From Promethearchaeota archaeon (GTDB lineage Archaea; Asgardarchaeota; Lokiarchaeia; Sigyniarchaeales; SOKP01): 64,000 nt of DNA. Within the stretch, counting starts at the first letter, position 1, and every line of letters begins with the position of its first letter. The position numbers were made by a program, and so were the translations under genes. Where the stretch lies: NCBI GenBank assembly GCA_048937405.1, contig JBHLNF010000003.1:192001-256000 (forward strand), in the 5' to 3' direction. Under the pieces are notes generated by a model. It did no database searches, was not told the DNA's origin, and was given only the letters and a program-made list of their open reading frames with translations. Of the stretch, positions 52,186-61,299 are shown in pieces.

Positions 52186-52851
52186 ATGACAAATTTTAAA
52201 TCTGTTGTTAATAAACTTCAAAAACACTACTCTGATGCTGAAGATGTAGTAATCGTTAGTAATAAAGGAAAAATCCTTTACTCTACGAATAAATGGGATG
52301 TTAAGCATGATATTTTAAGTGTTTTAAATAGCTGGAAAACTGGTAATGCGCAATTTGTTAACTTATGTGGTATAAAATATTCTATTCTTCAAATGGAACC
52401 CGAACGCTTTATTGGTACTAATCGCCATAAAAAAGGACATCTAATTGGAGCTACTACTCCAGATGGAAAAATTTATATGATAGCTCATATTAAACCTAAA
52501 GCAAAAGGATGGTTTCATATGGCATATCCTGCTGTTGCCAGAGCTGCTGCAATGTTAAAAAAAGGTTCAGAATCAAAATTTATTGACACTGAAGTTGAAA
52601 AATCTAGTAGAAATAAAATTGAGCCAATTTATGAAAGTTCAACAAGTCAGATGGCAGTAAATCAAGTTTTTCCCGCGCGATCCATTTTAGATCCATATCT
52701 TAAAGCGGAAATTGAAGGTTTTTTACAATGGATTAACAATCCCCAAGGATTAGCAGGATATATTACCAATACATTGCTACAAAATGACCATTTTAGGATT
52801 TCTAAACTTGCTGAGATATATAATAGGTTATATTCAATATGTTATGAATAA
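52186..52851 (+). CDS. Loki-type profilin domain with a ~95-aa C-terminal extension
   Basis: VVIVSNKGKILYSTNKWD and GIKYSILQMEPERFIGTNRHKKGHLI resemble Lokiarchaeal profilin segments as I recall them (IIGKDGQII.QT.NW; GIKY.IV....ER.IGTN...KGH). Confidence 0.75.
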   Translation: MTNFKSVVNKLQKHYSDAEDVVIVSNKGKILYSTNKWDVKHDILSVLNSWKTGNAQFVNLCGIKYSILQMEPERFIGTNRHKKGHLIGATTPDGKIYMIAHIKPKAKGWFHMAYPAVARAAAMLKKGSESKFIDTEVEKSSRNKIEPIYESSTSQMAVNQVFPARSILDPYLKAEIEGFLQWINNPQGLAGYITNTLLQNDHFRISKLAEIYNRLYSICYE

Positions 52852-53156
52852 ATAAGAAGATCTTTGGAAATCTTTTCCAAAAACTAATAACTTTTTACAT
52901 TTAAGAGAAGAAATTAGGATCTATATATTTAACCTTTTTATATCAGTTATTAACTTGCAATGAATTGAAAAATGATAGATTGTATTTTTTTAAGATGAAT
53001 AGTTGTTAGATGCCTTATCGCATCTCAATTTTTTACCAAAGAATTTTCTTTATTTTAATTATCCTCATTTTTTGACAAAAATATAAGTAATTGATTATCA
53101 TAACTATCTTTGTCAGCTTAATGACAATATAATTCATTTATAAGGTAATTTTTTTA

Positions 53157-55340
53157 TTGTTTGAGGTAATTCTAATGAGTTATGTAATATTAGATGAAGA
53201 AAAATATGATATAAAAGGAGGAAAACTAGATCTAAATTCTAAAAACATTGAAAATATAACTGAAATTAGAGGTTTAAAGACTTTTTCTGATTTACAGGTA
53301 TTATATCTTAATAAAAACAAAATAAAAGAGATTAATGGCTTAAAGCATTTAAATAAGTTGAAAGTGTTGGCCCTAAGTGATAATTTGATTACTGAAATAA
53401 AAGGTTTAGAATCAAATATTGATCTAGAATGGTTGAATTTAAGAAGTAATCAAATTACTGAGCTTAGAAACCTAGCTTCATTAAGTAACTTAAAAATTTT
53501 AAACTTACGTGATAATAGAATTACAGAGATTAAAGGATTAGAATCTTTAACTAATCTACAAGAATTAATTTTAACAGATAATCAAATTGCTGAAATTAGA
53601 GAACTACGCTATTTGTCAGATTTACAAGAGATAGATTTAAAAAACAATTTAATTACTGAAATTAAAGGGTTGGAAAATCTTACTAAATTACAGCAGATTG
53701 ATATGACGAATAATCAAATTTTTGAAATAAAAGGATTGGAAAATCTTACAAACTTGCAAGAATTAGTTCTTGCAGATAATAAAATTTCAGAAATTAAAGG
53801 GTTAGAAAATCTTACACGATTACGAGTGCTAAACCTCAGCAATAATCAAATTACAGATGTTAGAGGGTTAGAATCTTTAACTAATTTAAAATTTTTGAAT
53901 CTTAAAGGTAATCCAATTTCATATAGATTGCTTAGAGAATTAGATGGTTTTGATCAAAAAGGAAATGCTAAAAAACCTCAAAAATTTGTAGAATATTGCC
54001 AATATAGATTGGAAGAGGAGAGGAAAAAAGTAGAAAGGATTTGGAACAATACCATTCAATACATTAAAAAGTCGAGTTCAATATATAGTGAAATAACATT
54101 AGATAAAATTAGTTCAAAAACAGGAATTCAATCAAAAAATTTAGAAAGTCTTATTGAGAATATGATTTATAATAAAGAGATAGATGCCCAAATCAGAGGA
54201 AATTTGCTAATTTTTAAAAAACAAGTAATAAAACCAAAACTAGAGCCTAAATTAGAAGAAATGCCGAAGTTATCTCAATTTTTAGATGAATCTATAAAAA
54301 AAAATGTTAAAGTTTTAAGGGGAGGAGATTGGAAAATTGAAGCAAACCAGAGTGTTTTTAATTATAAAGTAAAAATAAAAAACTTATCTAAGTATATTAT
54401 TTCAGACATTCAAGTAATCTTTGGAGATATACCTCCAGGATTAGAATTAAGAATGGATAAATTAATCGAATTTTCAAAATTAAATCCTAATAGTGAGGTT
54501 GCCCCAACATATAAATTATATGCTACTGACAATTGTGTGGGAAGTGAAATAAAAGGTATCGTAAATTACAATGATCATTTTGGCCAAATGCACACAGTTC
54601 AAATAGAGCCATTTGAAATTTGCTATGTATGTAATTTACTTGTACCAAGGAGAGTATCTAGAGAGGAGTTTGAGAATACAATACAAAACATGGAAGGAAG
54701 GATTATGCATATAGATAGTAATATGGATCCATATAAAATTGAGGCTCTTATTAAAAGAAAAATGGAAGAATGTAATTTTGCTTTGCTTAAAGAAATCACA
54801 GAAGCCCAACAAAATGGTTTTAGGAAAATCGAAGGATTAGCTCAAGGATTATATGATAAGCAAGATGTAGCTATATCAATTGCGATGAAAAAACTCGAGG
54901 AAGGTTCAGACATAGAAATAAAGACTTTAAGTGATAAGGTGGAAAAAACAACTGATCTTTTAAAAGATATTAGTATTAAAATTGAAGACATAAAAAGTGA
55001 TACTCAAAAAGTTCAAGATATTATTTATTATTTGGATGAATCTAAAATCAGAGAAACTTTAAGTATTGTAATTGAAAATCCTAAAGATTTAAATAGAGTT
55101 ATCTATAAAGTTATTAAAAATCCAAATTGGAGTGATGAAGAAAAAGATAAATGGGCTAAAATTGTTATGGAAACTCTCAATTATTACAAAATGTTTAAAA
55201 CTCCGTTGTGGTTAAAATTCCTCAAAGGAATTACTAAAATCACATTAGGCGAACCAGCATCAAGAGCCATTACGGCTGGAGTGGAAGAATTAGTAGATTG
55301 GTTAAATTTAAAAATTGCTAAACGGCATATTAATAAATAA
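53157..55340 (+). CDS. Cytoplasmic SDS22-like leucine-rich repeat protein with a PCI-like winged helix and a C-terminal beta-sandwich/platform-like region
   Basis: About 10 22-residue LRRs (L..L.L..N.ITEIKGLE.L), then IYSEITLDKISSKTGI...LIENMIYNKEIDAQI. No signal peptide or TM. Start is probably the ATG at 53175. Confidence 0.85.
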   Translation: MFEVILMSYVILDEEKYDIKGGKLDLNSKNIENITEIRGLKTFSDLQVLYLNKNKIKEINGLKHLNKLKVLALSDNLITEIKGLESNIDLEWLNLRSNQITELRNLASLSNLKILNLRDNRITEIKGLESLTNLQELILTDNQIAEIRELRYLSDLQEIDLKNNLITEIKGLENLTKLQQIDMTNNQIFEIKGLENLTNLQELVLADNKISEIKGLENLTRLRVLNLSNNQITDVRGLESLTNLKFLNLKGNPISYRLLRELDGFDQKGNAKKPQKFVEYCQYRLEEERKKVERIWNNTIQYIKKSSSIYSEITLDKISSKTGIQSKNLESLIENMIYNKEIDAQIRGNLLIFKKQVIKPKLEPKLEEMPKLSQFLDESIKKNVKVLRGGDWKIEANQSVFNYKVKIKNLSKYIISDIQVIFGDIPPGLELRMDKLIEFSKLNPNSEVAPTYKLYATDNCVGSEIKGIVNYNDHFGQMHTVQIEPFEICYVCNLLVPRRVSREEFENTIQNMEGRIMHIDSNMDPYKIEALIKRKMEECNFALLKEITEAQQNGFRKIEGLAQGLYDKQDVAISIAMKKLEEGSDIEIKTLSDKVEKTTDLLKDISIKIEDIKSDTQKVQDIIYYLDESKIRETLSIVIENPKDLNRVIYKVIKNPNWSDEEKDKWAKIVMETLNYYKMFKTPLWLKFLKGITKITLGEPASRAITAGVEELVDWLNLKIAKRHINK

Positions 55341-55456
55341 TTTCCTCAACTTTTTTCTTATGCAATATTTAAGAATTAAGGAAAAAAAATAAAAAATTTC
55401 TTAGAGAATTTTTCCAGATGATTATTTAATTCTCTAATTTTAAATCTAAAAAATTA

Positions 55457-58400
55457 TTATCTTAAGATTTCTTCATAGAGATTCTGGATAAATCCTTCGA
55501 AATCATCTTTAGTAAATTTAACATTTAACATTTGCCATAGTAATCGAGGTATATGGTCTTCATCTTCATAAACAGGGATAATTTTCATCAGCCCTTTTTT
55601 AACCATTTGATATGCTGATTGCCATTCACCTTTTACTGCATCAGATTTTATGGAATTTTCTGAGCAAAATAATACGAAAACATTAGTTTTTTTAAGAGTC
55701 TCTTCCATAAATTCTACGATATTTTGCTTGCTATCTACTTCCCAGAATAAGACCTGATCTATTTCAGGATATAATTCTAGTCGTCTAACAATTCTAGAAA
55801 CTTGAAAGTAATCTGTGTCTAATGTTGAATAACTTATGAAAACATTATGTTTTGCCATAATTTCTTCTTTAGGTATAAGTACTGCCGCTTCTAATGCCAG
55901 AGCTTTAGAGCTTGAAAAGTATTCACCTTGGATTTCTTTATTTTTAATCATATCTTGAATTACATTCTCAATTATAGTTTCATCTATTATACCGCTCTTT
56001 TCACTTATATCTACGAGTTGTAAACGAGTAAATTTCGCCCCTAAGGTTAAGATTGTCTGCTTAATTCGATTAATTGTTTCTACTTGTGACTTTTTACAAA
56101 TTAATATTTTTTCTTCAGCTGCATTCACTAAGTCTATTAATTCAAAAGTCTGAGCTTCGTTTTGAATTTCTGTTAAATTTTCTATAGCTTTATCTAATTC
56201 ATTCGCCTTAATTAGAGAATCTACAAAAGACATTCTTTCTTGAAGTTCTTCTTCAGTTTTAGTTTTCTTTTCTTTAACTTTTTGTTCATCTATTTTAATC
56301 TGATAATATGCGATTGTAGTTTTAATTTGAGTTTTATTTGATTTTATTTTTTCTTTATATTCAATGAGATTATAATTTTTAACAATTTCTTTAGCTTCTT
56401 TAATTTGTTTTTGAGCTTGGTTTAAGGTCTCTATGGCATCACTATATTCTTGTTTCTGAGCAAACTTATTAGCCGTATCAATGAGGGATGTAGCTTTATT
56501 ATAATATTTATCAACTTTTGCCTCTTGTTTAATCATTTCTTTAGTTTTTTTTTCAATGGGTGCTTCTGCGGATGGTTTCACTTTAGGAGGCTTCCTTTTC
56601 TTTGAAACAACAAGAAGACTTACTAATATTAATCCTAAAATACCCACACTAACTACAATGATAATTAATACGAGGTAATTTTTACCGTCTCCAGGAGTAC
56701 CTTTACTCAAGGTAAGAGGATCTACGGCTAATTCGAGTTCAAAATATTTATCTGAATATCCGTTAGCAGAAATGGTCATATTTAACAAAATGGGCTCTTC
56801 TCCTGGTTCTACGGTTATCGGCTCAAAAGTTGTAAAATAGGTTCCCCCTCCAAGGTTTTGAACATTACTAGACACATCACTGCCATTCCACCACATCTGA
56901 AATGTTGCATCAGAAATTCCATGATTAGTCTTATTATAGACAGAATAAGTAAGATTGAATTCGTCTAAAGAGAAATTAGAATCTGTCACTTCTATAAATA
57001 GATTCCTTTCTGGAGCCCATTGACATGTATAGAAGTATGGCCAATTCAAAACATTCGGCAGAAATCCAGTTAAGGCAACGTGATGTGCAAAAATCACTTT
57101 TAAACAATATGCCCATACATGTGCAGAATCATTAATTAAAAGTTCTTGAATTCTGTCGTACATTACTTCTCTTGCAGGCCCGTCAGGGGTAATGAGCGCT
57201 TGTTCCATTAATAGCTGTACGTTATCATTGATATTCTCAGGGTCTCTACCAGCATAACCTGCCTCTAAATATCCATCATATTGAGCAATATTAGAAGCTT
57301 CTGATCTATTGGTAAACAATGGATTGATAAAGTCGCTAGCATCATTATAGTCAGGTCCCCAGCCAACAAGTAATAGCTCTAGATGATTTCTTGTATACCC
57401 GTTCCACTCGAACATTTTAGAGGTAAGAGTAATTAAATCACTCCCTGCATCCGTTACTCGAATTCCGATTTTCTTTAGATCTCTGATTAACATTGTATAT
57501 ACATCTTCTCGAAGTTCGGAGCCGATGTTATAAGAATAGTTAAAGGTTCTAAATGGAGAAGTCTCTGTTGCTGCAACCCATTCAGCGTCGTCATCTAGAT
57601 TAAAGCCTTCCCCATATCCCATTGATTGCATTATTATTCTTGCCTTTGTTAAGTTATATATGGGAACAGGGAATGTCCAGTTGGAGTACTTAAAACCCAT
57701 TGGAATAGGAGATTTCATTCTGATGGCATAACCTAATTTGGTAGTATTAATCAGATAATCATAATTAAATGCATAAGAAATTGCTTCTCTCCATGTCCTA
57801 TTTATCAGCATATTGTTCATTACTAAGTATTGAAAAGTTCCACCAGTATCTCCAGTATTTATCACTGCTATGTCAGGATCATCTGTAAACATATCCACAA
57901 ATTCTGCTACCGGGTCTTTTAAAAAGTGGATGTCCCCTGTTAATAATGCCGCATTTCTAGCATCCGGATCTTCAATTTCTGAAAAAACTAAATTATCAAT
58001 GCCCCCCCAATATCCTCTCCAATAATTATCATAAGCATGCAAGGTTACTTCGACATCCTCCTCATATGAATCATACACAAAAGGACCAGTTCCCACAACA
58101 TCCCCATCAAGTTCAACAATACCGCCTGTTTCATTATAGTATGTGTCGGTCAATATGGATGAGGCCGTATAGCATAACAAGTCCTCGAAAGGCGCATAGA
58201 CACCATTTAACTCAAACCTTACAGTATCACTATCTACTTTAACAACATCTTTTATAATTTGAGTACCATTAGGGTATACATATAATGATCTTACCAGGGG
58301 AATGCCGCCTGTATTAAGACCTGTGAAATTATACAACCAAGCTTGTCTATCAAAACTAAATACAACATCATCTGCGTCAAATGTGGAACCATCGTGGAAA

Positions 58401-58756
58401 GTGACACCAGTTCGGAGATTAACAGTATAATTTGTGTGACTTACGTCCCAGGTACCCATTTCTGCGGCGAGTAGGGGCATGATCGGCAGAGTGGGATCGC
58501 TTAAAGTATAAGTAAATAATGTTTCCACAACCTGAAAGAGTACATCCATTGATGACTCATCCCAGCAATTTTGGGGATCAATTGTATTGAGTAAGTTCGG
58601 TACACCATAAACAAAGGGAATGCTCGCAGAATCTGCACTAAATAATAAACTTGAATCAATAGCATTTTTGCGATAATCTCTAAAATTAATGAAACCATTT
58701 GATAAAGAAAGTAATATTGTTATAATTAAAAAAATTGTTTTATACTTTTTTTTCAT
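55457..58756 (-). CDS. Single-pass membrane receptor-like protein: family-5 (peptide/nickel) solute-binding ectodomain, TM, helical/TPR-like region, PCI-like domain, C-terminal TIR
   Basis: Signal MKKKYKTIFLIITILL; LRTGVTFHDGSTFDADDVVFSF, VGTGPF, REAISYAFNY, GWGPDYND; TM YLVLIIIVVSVGILGLILVSLLVV followed by KKRK; FTRLQLVDISEKSG...IQDMIKNKEIQGEY; VFISYS...SDAVKGEW...IIPV. Confidence 0.85.
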   Translation of the reverse strand: MKKKYKTIFLIITILLSLSNGFINFRDYRKNAIDSSLLFSADSASIPFVYGVPNLLNTIDPQNCWDESSMDVLFQVVETLFTYTLSDPTLPIMPLLAAEMGTWDVSHTNYTVNLRTGVTFHDGSTFDADDVVFSFDRQAWLYNFTGLNTGGIPLVRSLYVYPNGTQIIKDVVKVDSDTVRFELNGVYAPFEDLLCYTASSILTDTYYNETGGIVELDGDVVGTGPFVYDSYEEDVEVTLHAYDNYWRGYWGGIDNLVFSEIEDPDARNAALLTGDIHFLKDPVAEFVDMFTDDPDIAVINTGDTGGTFQYLVMNNMLINRTWREAISYAFNYDYLINTTKLGYAIRMKSPIPMGFKYSNWTFPVPIYNLTKARIIMQSMGYGEGFNLDDDAEWVAATETSPFRTFNYSYNIGSELREDVYTMLIRDLKKIGIRVTDAGSDLITLTSKMFEWNGYTRNHLELLLVGWGPDYNDASDFINPLFTNRSEASNIAQYDGYLEAGYAGRDPENINDNVQLLMEQALITPDGPAREVMYDRIQELLINDSAHVWAYCLKVIFAHHVALTGFLPNVLNWPYFYTCQWAPERNLFIEVTDSNFSLDEFNLTYSVYNKTNHGISDATFQMWWNGSDVSSNVQNLGGGTYFTTFEPITVEPGEEPILLNMTISANGYSDKYFELELAVDPLTLSKGTPGDGKNYLVLIIIVVSVGILGLILVSLLVVSKKRKPPKVKPSAEAPIEKKTKEMIKQEAKVDKYYNKATSLIDTANKFAQKQEYSDAIETLNQAQKQIKEAKEIVKNYNLIEYKEKIKSNKTQIKTTIAYYQIKIDEQKVKEKKTKTEEELQERMSFVDSLIKANELDKAIENLTEIQNEAQTFELIDLVNAAEEKILICKKSQVETINRIKQTILTLGAKFTRLQLVDISEKSGIIDETIIENVIQDMIKNKEIQGEYFSSSKALALEAAVLIPKEEIMAKHNVFISYSTLDTDYFQVSRIVRRLELYPEIDQVLFWEVDSKQNIVEFMEETLKKTNVFVLFCSENSIKSDAVKGEWQSAYQMVKKGLMKIIPVYEDEDHIPRLLWQMLNVKFTKDDFEGFIQNLYEEILR

Positions 58757-58856
58757 AAATTTGACCCTATTTTTTGTTATGATTATTTTAGATAGAAATG
58801 TATAAAAACATTTTTGTCTAAATTTCAAAACTAGAAAGTTGACCTGAAAAAACCAA

Positions 58857-58888
58857 CGTTAAGAGATTGAATCGTTAAGAGATTAAAT
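58857..58888. repeat. 16-bp tandem direct repeat upstream of the SBP-TIR gene
   Basis: CGTTAAGAGATTGAAT CGTTAAGAGATTAAAT (one mismatch). Confidence 0.6.
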
Positions 58889-59338
58889 AAAGAGAGACAT
58901 AACTATTAATTTGTAGTTATTACTGTAGGAGTGCAAATAGTAATAACCAATATCTGTCATATTTTTAAAATATATGGAAATATTTTCGAATCATTTACTG
59001 GACATCATTATTTATACTTTGCTTGTATTTTATTTTAGATATTGCAATATCTTTAATGTTTTAATATAGTTCACTTAAACAACTTACTGTTTTTTAAATT
59101 ACTAAATCTACAATCTTAATAACATATTAAGAGAAGATTTTTAAAGAAATCTAAAGCAATTTAAAATGATAATTCAATATTGGTGGTGAAAAATGATGAT
59201 TCATTGTCATGAAATGAAAGATGGAGATATATATAAAAGTAAATAATCAAATATAGAATGTTATGAATGGTGAAACTTTTATTATCTTATTTGAATTATA
59301 AATAATTAATTTAATTTTCAAAACGAAAAAATAAGAAA

Positions 59339-60112
59339 ATGTCGCTTCCATCAAAAAAAGCTATTCAAGTTGATGAGAATACAGTTAATTATGAGTATAA
59401 AATGTTAAACCATGTAATGTCGCTGGTTTACCACGAAGATAAATGCATTGAATGTGGATTTTGTCATCGAGTTTGCCCTGTTACTGTTTCAATTTATGAT
59501 GAGCCTTTAAAAAAAACTGCAATAGGAACACCAAAAGAGATGAGCATTGAATCAGACAAAAAAATCGTAGTTGATACAGAGAAATGTGTATGGTGTGGCT
59601 GTTGTACCTGGATCTGTCCAGGTTATACGTTAGAACTTTTCATAAATGGAGAGAAAAAGTTAAATGTTGTCGAGAATGGTTCACTTCCAGAATTCGAAGA
59701 AGAAGTAAGGACATTAGAAGATGGAAAAAAAGTTCGAAAAGTAGTAGAAGGTTCTATAACAATTACGTGTAATGAGAAAGATAAAAAAATAATAGAGGCA
59801 TTTTGCGACGAATGTACCGTCAGTGCGATGGAAAGAAAGGATACTGAAATTGAAATAGATGGAGATAAATGCATTCTATGTTTTAAATGCTCTGAAGCAG
59901 CTAAGGAATATGATAATATTACTGTTGAAATTCATCGTGATAGATTTAAAAATGTAAAAGGAGAGCCTTCTTCTGTGTGGAATGGTATTATGTTAAGAGT
60001 TCTTGGAAAAGAAGGTAAAGTTAAGGGTATTTTGAGTCGAAGCCAAAATAAACTTGCTGATGCAGTTATGAGATTAATGGGAAAAGAATTTGAAGAAGAA
60101 GAGGAAGCTTAA
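59339..60112 (+). CDS. Polyferredoxin-type 4Fe-4S protein (FwdF N-terminal-like)
   Basis: CIECGFCHRVCP and CVWCGCCTWICP, plus a partly degenerate CILCFKC. Confidence 0.75.
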   Translation: MSLPSKKAIQVDENTVNYEYKMLNHVMSLVYHEDKCIECGFCHRVCPVTVSIYDEPLKKTAIGTPKEMSIESDKKIVVDTEKCVWCGCCTWICPGYTLELFINGEKKLNVVENGSLPEFEEEVRTLEDGKKVRKVVEGSITITCNEKDKKIIEAFCDECTVSAMERKDTEIEIDGDKCILCFKCSEAAKEYDNITVEIHRDRFKNVKGEPSSVWNGIMLRVLGKEGKVKGILSRSQNKLADAVMRLMGKEFEEEEEA

Positions 60113-60157
60113 ATTACCACTTTCTTTATCCTATTTTTGTTATTTTATCATAAGAAT

Positions 60158-61033
60158 TTATTGTTTGTATAATTTATTTTGTTGAAATGCCTGTAAAATA
60201 GCATTCATTCGTCTTTTAATATTTCTCTTATACATCAAGTCAGTATGGGTTAATATATAAAACACTTCATCCCTTATTGCTTGAAATACAATGTCACCTA
60301 CATTATTAGGTGAAAGTCCTGCCTTTAACATTTGACGAGTCATTTCTAATACTTGCTTAGATTCTGGATACTTCTCAATCAGTTTTTCTGCAACGGGTTT
60401 ATAATCTGGTCCGCGATACTTAGCAGGACGATTACGTTCACAATCCATAATTTTTGTATCAACAAATGATGGGCAAAGAACAGAAACCTTTATTTTTGAG
60501 TGTACTTGTTCAAGTTGCTGAGCTAAAGCTTCAGAGAGGACAATAATACCATGTTTTGTAGCACCATAAATCCCATTTCCCGCACCTGACATGAGTCCAG
60601 CAAGAGACGATGTATTTAATATATGACATTCATTTTGTTGTTTAAGCATGATTGGAACAAAATTACGTATACCATGGATTACACCCCAAAAGTTTACATT
60701 AATAATCCATTTCCAATCGGGTAGAGAATGTTCCCACATAAGGCCAGGCATCATCACACCAGCATTATTACATAATAAATGCACTTCTCCAAAAGTATCT
60801 ATTGATTTTTGGGCTAATGCCTTAACTTCTTTTGCTTTTGAAACATCTGTTAATACAGATATAACATTCGCTCTTACTGCTTTCAATTCCTTTTCGGCGT
60901 TAGATAATGCATCTATATCAATGTCGGCAAGGACGACGTTCATTCCTTCCTTAACAGCTCTATTTGCAATTCCACGTCCTATGCCATTTGCACCGCCCGT
61001 GATAACAGCAACTTTATCTTTAAAATCTTTCAT
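60158..61033 (-). CDS. Short-chain dehydrogenase/reductase
   Basis: TGGANGIG, NNAG, YGATK. Confidence 0.92.
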   Translation of the reverse strand: MKDFKDKVAVITGGANGIGRGIANRAVKEGMNVVLADIDIDALSNAEKELKAVRANVISVLTDVSKAKEVKALAQKSIDTFGEVHLLCNNAGVMMPGLMWEHSLPDWKWIINVNFWGVIHGIRNFVPIMLKQQNECHILNTSSLAGLMSGAGNGIYGATKHGIIVLSEALAQQLEQVHSKIKVSVLCPSFVDTKIMDCERNRPAKYRGPDYKPVAEKLIEKYPESKQVLEMTRQMLKAGLSPNNVGDIVFQAIRDEVFYILTHTDLMYKRNIKRRMNAILQAFQQNKLYKQ

Positions 61034-61299
61034 AAGGATCTCGTTATAATTACTTAATTATAAAATCTAAAATTAGATATTAATAAAAAAAAATAAGATA
61101 AAATATAACATTTTTCAAAAAAAATGACAATTATATAAAAAAATCAAAATTTAACTTTTATCCGCAAATACAATATTTCTAATAATTATAAGAGGTAGAA
61201 AATTATAAAACTAAAAAATTAAAAAACTATCTACCACATATTTAGATTGTTATTTCTAATAAAACAAAACCTATTAAAAAATTGATAAAGTGATATAAA

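Noticed and set aside
53240-53920. 66-bp periodicity as a CRISPR array or DNA tandem repeat
   Set aside because: It is the 22-aa LRR coding periodicity with synonymous divergence; there is no repeat-spacer structure.
38076-59116. Shared 11-mer ATCTACAATCT upstream of aor (38076-38086) and the polyferredoxin gene (59106-59116)
   Set aside because: There are only two copies at different distances from the starts, which is plausible by chance in AT-rich DNA.
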